A stretch of DNA of 64,000 nucleotides from a bacterium (GTDB lineage: Bacteria > UBA8248): assembly GCA_965203325.1 (NCBI GenBank), contig OZ241875.1, positions 2,208,001 to 2,272,000 of the forward strand, read 5' to 3'. Position numbers and translations under genes: made by a program. The notes under the pieces are model-generated. The model ran no database searches and had not been told where the DNA came from. It worked only from the letters and a program-made list of their open reading frames with translations. Shown here in pieces: positions 1-10,263 of the stretch. The number at the start of each line of letters is the position of its first letter. Position 1 is the first letter of the stretch.

Positions 1-206
1 CGTGGGGCACGCTGACCGGACAGACGAACAACCTGCCGAGCGTCACCGGTGCGAATAAGGCGGTATGCCTCGGGAACGTCACGCCGGGGCGGAATTTCGC
101 TTCCCTGATGAGGAGGTTTCACAATTCCGAATGAGGCGGCGCATACCCAAACAACTCAAGATGCGGCATCATTCCCTCTCGATTCTCAAACCTCAGGAGA
201 AATAAC

Positions 207-1394
207 GTGGATGCGGCCATCGAGGCGCAAGCCGTCTCGCTCACCAAGGAGTTGATCGCGATTCCGAGCGAAAACCCCACGGGCGATGAGTTCGCCATGG
301 CGGACCGGATGGAGGCGTTTTTCCGGGCCGTCGGCCTTGAAGCGAAGCGCGAGCGCGTCTCCGAAAGGCGGGAGAACGTGACCGCGGAGATCACCGGCTC
401 GGGAGGCGGCCCCGCCCTCGTCTTTCTCAATCACATGGATACCGTGCCGGCCGGCGAAGGGTGGTCGCGCGACCCGTTTCTCGCCGCCGAAGAAGACGGG
501 AAAATCTGGGGCCGGGGAAGCTGCGACATGAAAGGCGGCATCGCTGCGAGTCTCGCGGCAGTGGAGAACCTAAAAATACGAATCGACGGCGGCGCAAAGG
601 CCAAAGGCACGGTTCGCTGCTGCATGGTGGTGGATGAGGAAAGCGGCCGCATGACCGGCACGGAGGCGGCCATCGCGAGCGGACACATCCATGCGGACGA
701 CATCGTGATTTCCTGCGAGCCGACCGAACTCACCCTGGTGACGGCGCAAAAAGGCGCCATGTGGTTCGAACTCATCTTCAGTGGAAAAAGCGCCCACGCC
801 GCGGCGCCTCACATGGGCGCAGACGCGATTCACGCCGCATCCCACGCCGTGGTGGCGCTTCAGGAGGCGGTGGCGCAAATCCCCTACGAAGATCCCCTGC
901 TGGGGCGATGCACCATGGTCACGAGCATGATCGAAGGAGGCCACAAGACCAACGTGGTCTCCGAGAGATGCGCGCTGCAGATAGACTCGCGTTTCGTCCC
1001 TCCCCTGCGGACAGCCGACATCCAGGGGATCATTCACGAGAAAGCCGCCGGGGCCTGCGCACAAGTGAGCGGGGTCGAATTCTCGCTTCGCGCCACCATT
1101 GCGGACCGTCCGCCCGTGACGGCGGACACCGACAGCGCCGGCGCGAGACTCATTTTCGAGACTTTGGAAGAAGTCCTGGGCGCAGCGCCCAAGCCTGCGG
1201 GGGTGAGCTATTATTCGGACGCGGGCATGGCCGCGGCCCAAACCGGGAGCCGAAACTGCTTTCTCCTGGGACCGGGAAACATCGAGCAAGCCCACACGCC
1301 CGACGAGTTCATCGAAGTCGATTCGCTGAAAAAAGCCGCGCGCGTCTACGGCAGGCTGCTCGAGAAATTCGCGCTGGACGAAAACGCGCCGTAA
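207..1394 (+). CDS. M20 family metallopeptidase (ArgE/DapE-like deacylase)
   Basis: Motifs HMDTVP, GRGSCDMKGG, DEE, GKSAHAA, GGHKTNVV, AHTPDE; GTG start after AGGAGA. Confidence 0.9.
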   Translation: MDAAIEAQAVSLTKELIAIPSENPTGDEFAMADRMEAFFRAVGLEAKRERVSERRENVTAEITGSGGGPALVFLNHMDTVPAGEGWSRDPFLAAEEDGKIWGRGSCDMKGGIAASLAAVENLKIRIDGGAKAKGTVRCCMVVDEESGRMTGTEAAIASGHIHADDIVISCEPTELTLVTAQKGAMWFELIFSGKSAHAAAPHMGADAIHAASHAVVALQEAVAQIPYEDPLLGRCTMVTSMIEGGHKTNVVSERCALQIDSRFVPPLRTADIQGIIHEKAAGACAQVSGVEFSLRATIADRPPVTADTDSAGARLIFETLEEVLGAAPKPAGVSYYSDAGMAAAQTGSRNCFLLGPGNIEQAHTPDEFIEVDSLKKAARVYGRLLEKFALDENAP

Positions 1395-1403
1395 ATATCG
1401 GCA

Positions 1404-3737
1404 TCACTCACCGGCGCGCTGCTCCAGCACCCGGAGCAACTCCATGATGCTGTCGAGCGCTTCCGCCGCGCCGAGTTCCTGAAAGATGAGGCGCGCCTCG
1501 GTCAAACATTCGCGCGAGGCCTCCCATTCGCGCCCCTCGAAATGCACCCGGCCCAGGCTCCCGAGCGCTACTCCCTGAGCGAGAACGCTCCCTTGTTCGC
1601 GGTTGATCTCCAGGGCCGCCTCATACGCCTCGCGCGCTTCGGGCAAATCGCCCCGCGCGTAGTGAATGTTCCCCATGCCGCTCAGGTTCGCCGCCTCGCC
1701 TTTTCTGTTCTCGAGTCCGCGATTCAGCCGCAAGGCGTTCTCGTAATACCGGAGCGCGCGCGTGAATTGCTCCTGCGCCGCAAAGCACACCCCCATTTGA
1801 GAGTACACCAGCGCTTCACCCGCCTTGTCTGCGATTTTCTGGCAGAGGCTCAGCGCATCATCGAGGCTCACCTGCGCCGACTCGTACTCGCCCGCTTCCG
1901 TCAAGACGGAAGCCAGCGCGGTGTGCGCCCGCGCCTCGTTGCGCCTGTTTCCCGACCTGTGGAACAGGTGCGCCGCCTCGGAAAGGTGCTCTCCGGCCTT
2001 TTCCTTGTCCCCCAGACGGCGGAACAACCGGCCGACACGCATGCGCAAGGTGGATAGTTGCTCAAGCCCTCCCTCCGGCCCGATATAGGCGAGCGCCTTC
2101 TCGTAGGATTCCGTCGCCTTCTCGTCATCACCCTTTCGCTGGTAGAAATACCCCATGTTCCGGGAGACTACCGCCAGCACCGAAATATCCCGACCCGCCT
2201 CGCGGAATGCCTCGCGGGAATAGGAAATCGCAGGCTCCACCTTTTCCCGCAGATAAGAAGCCACGGCCAGCGCGTTGAGAACGGGCGCGAGTCGACTCGC
2301 GCGCCGCAGCGATTCCTTGAGGTGTTCCGTCGCATCCTCAGCGCGCCCCAGAATTATCTCGAGAATGGCCAGACGCAGATATTCTTCGGAAGCCGGCGAC
2401 TGCCGGGTTCTCTCGCGTTGACCGAGGTCGATGCCGGCGGCGTTCACGACGCCCGGGGTCCAGGCGGGAAGCTCATGCTCCACGTTTTCCGCCAGGAGCA
2501 AATCTCCCGGATAAATATCCGCCACGAGTTCGCTTATCAATTCAGAGGGCGTGTTCGCCGGAGCCTCATGCGAGGCGGCGGGCGGCAACGCTACGCCGGG
2601 AGCGAATTGCCCCGCATCGTCGTCCGCAGGAAAATCAAGTTCCTCGGGTTCTTCGCCCAAGGCGGCGCCCTGCGAGAAAGCGTCATCATCGACGCGTTCA
2701 CGCTGAATGAGAGAAATGAGATCTACCTCGCCAACACCCGCCGCGGCTTCTTCTTCCGGCTCCGGGGCCGAAGGCGCCTCCTCGGACTCAAGGGCTTGTG
2801 GATGGGGAGAAACCTTATCGGATCCAGCTTCCGCGAGAAGCAGAACTTCGGGCTGAAACGACGGCGGCTCATCTTCTTGCTCTTCGAGTTGTGGTTCCGG
2901 CGGCGATTCGTCCGCGGCTTCCGAAACCTCATCATCCTCTCGCTCCTCACGCACAGAATCTGCGGGAGCATCCGCCACGTCCTCGCCCTCATGCGTGAGG
3001 CGGAGGGCGCCTTCCTCTTCATCATCAGCAGGCACATCGGCGGCGGAAACCGCGTCGTCGCGGACCTCGCTCACAGCGGGAATCCGCATGCGCAGCGGAG
3101 CGTCCGCGCCTTCACTCGTTTCGCCAGTTCCTGAAACCTCTTCCTCATCGGCGAGGGCGCTTTCAGCCTCGAATTGCGTTTCGCGTCGAGGTTCGGCTCC
3201 CGCCGGCAACTCATCCGCCCCGCGAGGGGATTCCGCATCGAGGGGAGCGGGCAATCCCTCCCACCAGGGAGCCTCCGACTCCGGGGCGGACTCTTCATCC
3301 ACGGGGAGCGCAGGCTTTTCGTCATCTTCCGAAATGGCCTCGTCCTGTGTTTTCGGAGGGAGGAACTCATCCTCTTCGAGCACCTCGCGGCCTTCCTGCC
3401 CGATGACCCGCACACCTTCGTCTACGTGATCCAGAGATTCCGGGGAATCCCCGGCTGCCTCACGGAAGCTTCCGCTCTGCGCCGCTTCTTGTTGTTCCTC
3501 TTGGTGGTCCTCATCGACGTCCGGAATGAAATCGTCGATGAAGCGCGAGGAAACATCCTCCCAGCCCGCAGGCGCGCTGCCCCCGGACCCGCCTTCCCAA
3601 ACGCCGCCCCATTCAGGCGCCGAATCTCTTACGCGCCTCAGGGCGCGACGGCGCGTCCATATAACGACGGGAATGCTCAAAAGGGCGAGCACGCCCACGG
3701 CGCCGAACACCGTCTTCCATGTAGCCATTTCAAACAT
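1404..3737 (-). CDS. Membrane-anchored tetratricopeptide-repeat protein with long acidic linker
   Basis: N-terminal hydrophobic helix (VFGAVGVLALLSIPVVIW), long E/D/A/P-rich region, C-terminal TPR repeats; start set at MFEM, overlapping the upstream stop. Confidence 0.8.
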   Translation of the reverse strand: MFEMATWKTVFGAVGVLALLSIPVVIWTRRRALRRVRDSAPEWGGVWEGGSGGSAPAGWEDVSSRFIDDFIPDVDEDHQEEQQEAAQSGSFREAAGDSPESLDHVDEGVRVIGQEGREVLEEDEFLPPKTQDEAISEDDEKPALPVDEESAPESEAPWWEGLPAPLDAESPRGADELPAGAEPRRETQFEAESALADEEEVSGTGETSEGADAPLRMRIPAVSEVRDDAVSAADVPADDEEEGALRLTHEGEDVADAPADSVREEREDDEVSEAADESPPEPQLEEQEDEPPSFQPEVLLLAEAGSDKVSPHPQALESEEAPSAPEPEEEAAAGVGEVDLISLIQRERVDDDAFSQGAALGEEPEELDFPADDDAGQFAPGVALPPAASHEAPANTPSELISELVADIYPGDLLLAENVEHELPAWTPGVVNAAGIDLGQRERTRQSPASEEYLRLAILEIILGRAEDATEHLKESLRRASRLAPVLNALAVASYLREKVEPAISYSREAFREAGRDISVLAVVSRNMGYFYQRKGDDEKATESYEKALAYIGPEGGLEQLSTLRMRVGRLFRRLGDKEKAGEHLSEAAHLFHRSGNRRNEARAHTALASVLTEAGEYESAQVSLDDALSLCQKIADKAGEALVYSQMGVCFAAQEQFTRALRYYENALRLNRGLENRKGEAANLSGMGNIHYARGDLPEAREAYEAALEINREQGSVLAQGVALGSLGRVHFEGREWEASRECLTEARLIFQELGAAEALDSIMELLRVLEQRAGE

Positions 3738-5340
3738 TCGCTCTCTCCCGCCGCGGGAGTTTGCGCAGGGCGCGGCCGGGGCGCGCCCCGGTATGGCTTC
3801 CACCCTCAACGACGACCTCTCCGTTCACGAGAACCATCTCGATTCCCGAGGGATATGCAATGGGGCGTTCATAGGTGCACTCATCGCGTATCTCGTCGGG
3901 ATCGAACAAAACGAGGTCGGCCTTCATTCCGACCGCGAGTCGTCCCCGTTCCGCCATGCCCAACCGCGCGGCGGGAGCGGAGGTCATCTTCCGGATCGCT
4001 TCGGCCATCGGGAAGAGCCCCTCGTCCCGCGCCAGCGCGCCCAAGACGAAGGGAAAGGTGCCGAAATTTCTCGGGTGCGGCCTGCCGGCGCCCAGGGGAG
4101 GCTCGTGCGAGAGCGCGCCCGCGTCCGAACCCACCATGGCGTAGGGTTTCCGAAGAATGCGGCGCATGTTCTCGGGACTCATCATGAAAATGAGAATCTC
4201 GACGTTCATGCGCTCCTCGATCAGCAAATCGAGCATCGCATCCACAGGGGCCGTATTCCGGACATCGCCCAGGCGGGCGAGCGTGAGACCCTCGCAAGGC
4301 TGGTTCGCCTCCGTGAAGACGCGGCTGATCAGGATGTTCTCCCAATAGGAAGATTCGGGGTGCGCTCGTGCGATTTCGTCCCGAATCTTCGCCCTGCTGT
4401 CCGGGTTCACGAGGCGCTCCACCTTCTCACCGAGAGCGCCGTCATGCGCCCAATCGGGCAACAATGCGCTCAGGTGGGTGTTCGAGGCCGTATAGGGATA
4501 GCGATCGCAGGTCACGTCCTCGCCCCTCGCGCGCGCGCGCTCGATGCGCTCGAAGGCCTCATCGAGCTTGTCCCAATTCCGCTCGCCCGCCGTCTTCAAA
4601 TGGCTGATCTGAAGCGGCAGCCCCACCGATGCGGCAGCACTTATCACCTCGTCCATCGCTTCGAGCAAACCGTCTCCCTCGCTGCGCATGTGGGTGGCCA
4701 GTAATCCCCCGCCTCGCGCCGAGACCCGGCAAAGGGCCGTGAGTTCGTCCTTATCCGCGAAACAGGCCGGGGCGTAGACCAATCCGGTGGAGAGGCCGAA
4801 AGCCCCCTGCTCCATTCCCGCGGAGAGCATCCCTTCCATCGCGGCGAGTTCCTCCGCGCGGGCCGGGCGCGCCTCACCCCCCATCACGCTCGCGCGAATC
4901 GTGTTGTGGCCGACCAGATGGGCGTAGTTGATCGATACACCCACCTCGTCCACATGGTCGAGGTGCCCGCCTACGCTCTGAAACGGGAGTTCCAGGTCGA
5001 ATTGCTCCCGATACCATTTCTTGCGCTCCTCGGCCTCGGCCCCGTGAATCGGCGAGGCGGCGTAGCCGCAGTTGCCTCCCACGTCGGTCGTCACCCCCTG
5101 GCGGACCTTCGCGTGCGCCTCGGGATTGATGAGGAGGTAATAATCGGAATGTCCGTGAATGTCGACGAACCCGGGACTCAGGGCCAGGCCCCTCGCGTCG
5201 ACCTCGCGATGAGCGGAGCCGCTCACTTCGGGACCGACCTCCGCGATGACATCACCGCGAACGGCGAGCGCGCCTTCATACGGGAGGTCGCCCAGACCAT
5301 CGAATATCATGGCATGGTGAAATATGACGTCATACATCAT
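3730..5340 (-). CDS. N-acyl-D-amino-acid deacylase (amidohydrolase family)
   Basis: PGFVDIHGHSD, GVTT..GGNCG, HMRSEG, SHLK, GSD, HPRNFGTFP motifs. Confidence 0.9.
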   Translation of the reverse strand: MMYDVIFHHAMIFDGLGDLPYEGALAVRGDVIAEVGPEVSGSAHREVDARGLALSPGFVDIHGHSDYYLLINPEAHAKVRQGVTTDVGGNCGYAASPIHGAEAEERKKWYREQFDLELPFQSVGGHLDHVDEVGVSINYAHLVGHNTIRASVMGGEARPARAEELAAMEGMLSAGMEQGAFGLSTGLVYAPACFADKDELTALCRVSARGGGLLATHMRSEGDGLLEAMDEVISAAASVGLPLQISHLKTAGERNWDKLDEAFERIERARARGEDVTCDRYPYTASNTHLSALLPDWAHDGALGEKVERLVNPDSRAKIRDEIARAHPESSYWENILISRVFTEANQPCEGLTLARLGDVRNTAPVDAMLDLLIEERMNVEILIFMMSPENMRRILRKPYAMVGSDAGALSHEPPLGAGRPHPRNFGTFPFVLGALARDEGLFPMAEAIRKMTSAPAARLGMAERGRLAVGMKADLVLFDPDEIRDECTYERPIAYPSGIEMVLVNGEVVVEGGSHTGARPGRALRKLPRRERANV

Positions 5341-5406
5341 GGACTGCCCAAGGCGGATTCTGCTCGACCGTCTATCATAGCAGGAAAGCGAATTATGGGC
5401 GAATCT

Positions 5407-6624
5407 TCATTCGCCTGCAATCGGCGGCGCGCCCGACGCCCATTTCCCGCCTATCATCGCGGCGATCGGCTCCATGGAACCGGGTTCGAGAACGCAAATA
5501 TCGGCGGGCAGACCCGGGGCGAGACGGCCCTGCCCGGATCCCAAACCCAAGACGCGCGCGGGGTTTCGCGTGGCCGTCGCCAGAGCGCAAGCGGTGTCGA
5601 GCTCACACCAATGCCTGAGCCGGGGGAGCATCCCCGAGAGCGCGAGGCGGCTGCCGGTCAATACGCCCTTGCGCATCACCGCGTCGCCCGGCGTCTCGCC
5701 GCTCGTCCCGTCCAGGCCGGCTCGGGGCCTTAATCCCCCGTCGGCCACCAGGTCCGAGGTGAGGACCGTGCGCTCCCAGCCCCTAGCGCGAACGAACGAC
5801 GCGAGCGATTGCTGTGCCACGTGCACACCGTCCGCAATCAGGCCGGCGGAAAGCCTCCCGTCGTTCTGCACGTAATCCATCGGCGAGGCGCTCCTGTGCG
5901 CGGGCGTCTCCGGTTGGCCGTAGCGATTGAACGCATGGACCGCGAACGCGCCGCCCGCCTCCAGAAACGCCTCCACGCAAGCGGCCGAAGCCCGGGTGTG
6001 GCCAATGGCGGGAACGACGCCCTTCTCCGCCAGCCAGCGTGCGAAATCCGCCGCGCCCGGCACTTCGGGGGATAGCGTCACCATAGCCAGTCCAGGCGCG
6101 CCGTTCACGCCCCACCCCCCGGCGGCTCGCGCGATCGCCTCGACCTCTTCTTTCGAGGGTACGCGAATCTGCTCTCGCGGATGCGCCCCCCTCATCTCCG
6201 GCTCCAGGTACGGCCCCTCCAGGTGAACGCCCAGGATGCGCGCCTCGGCGCAGGCAGCTTCTTGCTGAAGAGCCCACGCTTCGCTCACCACGCAGGCCGC
6301 GTCGATCAACTCGTCCCGGGAAGCCGTGGTGAGTGTGGGCAGAAAAGCGGTCGTTCCGCGCCTCGCCAAGCCCCGGGCGATACGCCGCACGCCGGCGGCG
6401 TCCGCCGCGAGCAGCGCATCCGCGCCCAGGCCGTTCACCTGGAGATCCACGAAGCCGGGGCACACCAGCGCGCCCCCGAGGTCGAGCACCTCGTCCGCGG
6501 GGGCCGATGGACAGGCGCCGCGCGGCCCCACATACGACAAAACGCCCTCCTCGATAACGAGGAGGGCGTCCGCCATTCTCTCGAGCGGCGTATGCGCCGT
6601 CACGCCCACGAGGCGCAGGGCCAT
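5407..6624 (-). CDS. nagA: N-acetylglucosamine-6-phosphate deacetylase
   Basis: PGFVDLQVNG, GTTAFLPT, GVHLEGPY, GAH, TLSPE, GHT, HAFN, IADGVHV. Confidence 0.85.
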   Translation of the reverse strand: MALRLVGVTAHTPLERMADALLVIEEGVLSYVGPRGACPSAPADEVLDLGGALVCPGFVDLQVNGLGADALLAADAAGVRRIARGLARRGTTAFLPTLTTASRDELIDAACVVSEAWALQQEAACAEARILGVHLEGPYLEPEMRGAHPREQIRVPSKEEVEAIARAAGGWGVNGAPGLAMVTLSPEVPGAADFARWLAEKGVVPAIGHTRASAACVEAFLEAGGAFAVHAFNRYGQPETPAHRSASPMDYVQNDGRLSAGLIADGVHVAQQSLASFVRARGWERTVLTSDLVADGGLRPRAGLDGTSGETPGDAVMRKGVLTGSRLALSGMLPRLRHWCELDTACALATATRNPARVLGLGSGQGRLAPGLPADICVLEPGSMEPIAAMIGGKWASGAPPIAGE

Positions 6625-6633
6625 GGCGCGGGC

Positions 6634-7239
6634 CTACTTCTTCTTTGCGCTTTTTTTCAGTTCCTCGCGCACTTTCGCGTTCGCGTCGATGAGCGACTCG
6701 ACGTTCCCTTTCGCCACCTCGTACAGGGAGGATTGCACCCGTTCGAGTATCAGGCGGCCCGCCAGTGTGGTGACGCCCGGGACTTTGGGCGGCATTTCCT
6801 CATTGCTTGCGCCTTTCGCAACCGCCTCGATGTCCTTGAGGATTTCCCGGTTGTCGTAAAGCTCATTCTCCGCATACTGATATGTGAGCTTCACGTAATC
6901 CCTTTCTTTTCTCTCCTGGTCGCGCGTCTCGCGGACGATGTTCTCCATATCGGCCGAGACGGGTTTTTTCGCCGATTTGTTGCGTTTCTCAATCTGTTTG
7001 AAATACTTGGCGTGATCGTAGGAAGCAGGCAGTTCCTCACCGGGTATCTTCGAGCTGATCTCGAAGCGAATCGCCTTGTCCGAATCCACGAATTTCGGCG
7101 GGCCAATCTCGTAGGTGATGCCCTCGACGTTGAACCGATCCCCCTTCTTGGGCTCGAACTCCTTTTGTAAATCTTTCGTTAAGCGGTTCAGCGTGACGGA
7201 AGCGGTTTCCACGAAAAGCTGCGCTTGAAGTGAAGACAT
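6634..7239 (-). CDS. Hypothetical protein (charged, soluble, 201 aa)
   Basis: GGAGG RBS before ATG 7239; protein-like composition; co-oriented just upstream of nagA. Confidence 0.75.
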   Translation of the reverse strand: MSSLQAQLFVETASVTLNRLTKDLQKEFEPKKGDRFNVEGITYEIGPPKFVDSDKAIRFEISSKIPGEELPASYDHAKYFKQIEKRNKSAKKPVSADMENIVRETRDQERKERDYVKLTYQYAENELYDNREILKDIEAVAKGASNEEMPPKVPGVTTLAGRLILERVQSSLYEVAKGNVESLIDANAKVREELKKSAKKK

Positions 7240-7446
7240 TTTCAACCTCCTTGATTCCAAAGACAAATCAGAGGATGGAACATGCCCCAGCGGAACGAAT
7301 GCGTCAAGACCCGAGGCGGTGTTTCGAGAACCCGTATGACGACAAAAAAGCATCCGCCCTTCCATCGGCGAGAGAGGATATATGTGATACGCTCGCGCTG
7401 TTCCAGCGCGCATCATCCTTCAATCTTTGAAAAGGAGCGATTTCCG

Positions 7447-8373
7447 ATGGCAGGGCCCGTCCACATCCGCATCGGGGGCTATTCCCCGCCCGACACCTCC
7501 CACAGCCGCGCGATGGTCCTCTTCCGGGAGAAGATGAGCGAGCGGCTGGGGGAGGAAGTCAAAACAGACATCTTCTGGAACGTGATGGACTTCGGCTACG
7601 GCGCGCCCGACCTCCTCGTCATGGTGGAATGCGGAATGCTCGGCATGTGCTATTTCTCGACGAGCTATCTCGCCGACAGGGTGCCCGAACTCGAGATCGT
7701 CGACCTGCCCTTCACCTTCGAGGATTCCGCCCACGCCTACGGCGCGCTCGACGGTGCGCTCGGCGCGCACCTGAGCGAGCGAATCGAGGCGCAGACCGGC
7801 TACAAGAACCTGGGCTTTTGGGACAACGGCTTCCGCCACCTCTCGAACAGCGTCCGCGACGTGAGGAGGCCCGAAGACTGCCGGGGTCTCAGAATCCGCT
7901 TGCAGCCCAACGAGACGCACGTCAGGACCTTTGAACTCCTGGGAGCCGAGCCCGTGCCGGTGGAGCTCAAGGAAGGAATCGCCATGATCGAATCGGGCCA
8001 AGTGGACGCGCAGGAAAACCCGCTCTCCAACACCGTGACCTACGGCGTCACGAACCACCAAAGGCGCATCACGATGAGCGGGCACTTCTACGGCGCGCGC
8101 GCCCTGCTCGCCCACCGGGAGAGCTTCAATGCCTGGCCCGCGCAGGTCCAGGAGGCGGCGCGCGTGTGCATCCGCGAAGCCATCGACCATCAAAGAGAGG
8201 CCGCACAGGCGGGGGAGATCGCCATTCGCAGGCGCCTCGAAGAAGAGGGCGTTTCCTTCGTGGACCTGAGCGATGCGGAGCGCGCTGCGTTCACGGAGGC
8301 CACCGAACCCATCCGCGCCGAAGCCAGGGAAAGACTCGGGAACGAGCTGTTCGATTTGGCGATGAAGAAATAG
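7447..8373 (+). CDS. dctP: TRAP transporter substrate-binding protein (DctP family)
   Basis: DLPFTF, GFWDNGFRH, GLRIR, VDAQENP motifs; AAGGAG RBS. Confidence 0.9.
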   Translation: MAGPVHIRIGGYSPPDTSHSRAMVLFREKMSERLGEEVKTDIFWNVMDFGYGAPDLLVMVECGMLGMCYFSTSYLADRVPELEIVDLPFTFEDSAHAYGALDGALGAHLSERIEAQTGYKNLGFWDNGFRHLSNSVRDVRRPEDCRGLRIRLQPNETHVRTFELLGAEPVPVELKEGIAMIESGQVDAQENPLSNTVTYGVTNHQRRITMSGHFYGARALLAHRESFNAWPAQVQEAARVCIREAIDHQREAAQAGEIAIRRRLEEEGVSFVDLSDAERAAFTEATEPIRAEARERLGNELFDLAMKK

Positions 8374-8485
8374 GGCGACCCCGATCGCCTCGGACCTCCT
8401 CGCCATCGCGTCCCCACTGCGGTTAAAATCCATGACCGAACAAGTTGAAACGAGAACGGATTATTCATAGAAGGCGCGGAAAACC

Positions 8486-9475
8486 TTGCGTATAGGCTAC
8501 ATTGCCGCATCCCTGCTCGGCATCACCATCGTTGGCACAGCCGGCTATACCCTGATTGAGGGGTGGTCTCTCGTCGAGTCATTCTATATGACGATGATCA
8601 CCGTCACGACCGTAGGCTTCAACGAGGTGCGTGAACTGAGCACGGCAGGGCGCATGTTCACCGTGGCGCTCATCGTCGTGGGCGTAGGCTTGGTGTTCTA
8701 CGGAATCGCCATCATCGCCGAGGTGAGGTTCGAAGAGAGGGTGCGTCAGATTTTCGGGAGGCGAAAACTGGTGAAAGAACTCGACAAACTCGAAAACCAT
8801 CACATCATCTGCGGGTACGGGCGCATCGGCTCCACCGTCGCGGCGGAATACGCCAGAGAGTCGCTGCCCCACGTCATCATCGAGAACGACGCGTCCATCG
8901 CCGCGCACCTCGATCAGGAGGGGCGCCTAGTGCTCCTCGGCGACGCCACGCTGGACGAAACCCTCATAGAGGCGCACGTGGAGAAGGCGAAGAGCCTCGT
9001 CTGCGCACTGGCCACCGACGCGGAAAACGTGTTCGTCACCCTCTCGGCGCGGGCGCTGAACCCCGATCTCTTTATCCTGAGCCGCGCGGCGCTCGAGAGT
9101 TCCATCGGCAAGATGGAGGCGGCGGGCGCGAACCACGTGGTCTCGCCCTACATCATGGGCGGCATGCGCATCGCGCAGTCCGTTCTGAGACCCAAGCTCG
9201 CCGGCTTTCTCGACGAGGTGATCGGCCACGCGACGACGGACCTGGACTTCGACGAAGTGACCGTGCCCGAAGGCTCGGATCTCGTCGGCATGGCGCTCAG
9301 GGAATCGAAGATCAGCCAGGAGACCGGCGTGTACCTGCTCTCCATCCGCCACAACAGCGGGGAGATGCGCTTCAACCCGGGGGCCGATTTTGAAATCCAG
9401 GCGGGAGACCACCTCTACGCCCTGGGCACGCCCGAGCAGGTGGAATCCCTGCGCAGGCGCATCCTCGCGAAATAG
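8486..9475 (+). CDS. Potassium channel protein (2TM pore + TrkA-N/TrkA-C RCK domains)
   Basis: Selectivity filter TTVGFN, IICGYGRIG Rossmann motif, GDAT, AGANHVVSP; start codon uncertain (see findings). Confidence 0.9.
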   Translation: MRIGYIAASLLGITIVGTAGYTLIEGWSLVESFYMTMITVTTVGFNEVRELSTAGRMFTVALIVVGVGLVFYGIAIIAEVRFEERVRQIFGRRKLVKELDKLENHHIICGYGRIGSTVAAEYARESLPHVIIENDASIAAHLDQEGRLVLLGDATLDETLIEAHVEKAKSLVCALATDAENVFVTLSARALNPDLFILSRAALESSIGKMEAAGANHVVSPYIMGGMRIAQSVLRPKLAGFLDEVIGHATTDLDFDEVTVPEGSDLVGMALRESKISQETGVYLLSIRHNSGEMRFNPGADFEIQAGDHLYALGTPEQVESLRRRILAK

Positions 9476-9501
9476 CCAGACTGCCACCTTACTTCGCCCC
9501 G

Positions 9502-10236
9502 CTAATCGAACGCGTCCAAATTCAAGTCCTGCCCCAAGCGAAGGAGCTTATCTGCGGCCTCGGTGCCCGGGGCTGCGCGCGCGACAATCTCTTCTACACC
9601 CGCCAGATAGGGGATCACGCCCAAGAGTGGAGCGTCCACCCCGCAAAGCTCGGCGATGGCGGCCGGGTTGCGCTCCGTCGCCGGCGCCGCCTCTCCCGTC
9701 GTGTCGGAGAGGATGACGCCCAGAATCGTAAGGCCCTGCCTTCTCGCCTCCCGCACGCTCAAGAGCGTGTGGTTGATGGTCCCGAGCCCCAGCGGGGCGA
9801 CTATGACCAAGGCCAGATTCGCGCGGCGCGCCAGATCGCTCATCAAGACGCCTTCGGCCAAAGGGGCGAGAAGACCGCCCGCGCCCTCGACGAGCAGAGG
9901 GCCTCGTTCTTTTTTGAGGGCCTCTACCTGCGCGACGATGCGCCCCGCATCCGGCGGCTCGCCCTCTCGCTCTGCCGCATGAGCGGGCGTGAGTGGAATT
10001 TCGTACCTGTAGGGGCAAATCTCCTCAAGCGGCCTCGGGTCGCCCGCCGCCGTCTTTAAGGCCAGGGCGTCTGTGGGAACGAGGCGTCCGCCCTCGCGCG
10101 AGCAGCCCGATTCAGCGGGCTTCATCACCCTGGGGCTTCTTCCCTCAGCCGCCCAGTGGGCCGCGATGACGCAGCCCGCCACCGTCTTTCCCACGCCGGT
10201 TCCCGTTCCGGTCAAAAAGATGGCAATATCGGACAT
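9502..10236 (-). CDS. bioD: Dethiobiotin synthase
   Basis: TGTGTGVGKT, KPAESG, VEGAGGL, LGTINHTLLS. Confidence 0.93.
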   Translation of the reverse strand: MSDIAIFLTGTGTGVGKTVAGCVIAAHWAAEGRSPRVMKPAESGCSREGGRLVPTDALALKTAAGDPRPLEEICPYRYEIPLTPAHAAEREGEPPDAGRIVAQVEALKKERGPLLVEGAGGLLAPLAEGVLMSDLARRANLALVIVAPLGLGTINHTLLSVREARRQGLTILGVILSDTTGEAAPATERNPAAIAELCGVDAPLLGVIPYLAGVEEIVARAAPGTEAADKLLRLGQDLNLDAFD

Positions 10237-10263
10237 CGGATGAACCTCACAAGGAGCCTGAAA

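Noticed and set aside
1..172. Minus-strand MMPHLELF... peptide with TGA at 119-121 as another selenoprotein
   Set aside because: No recognisable Cys-motif context and truncated by the window edge; cannot be supported.
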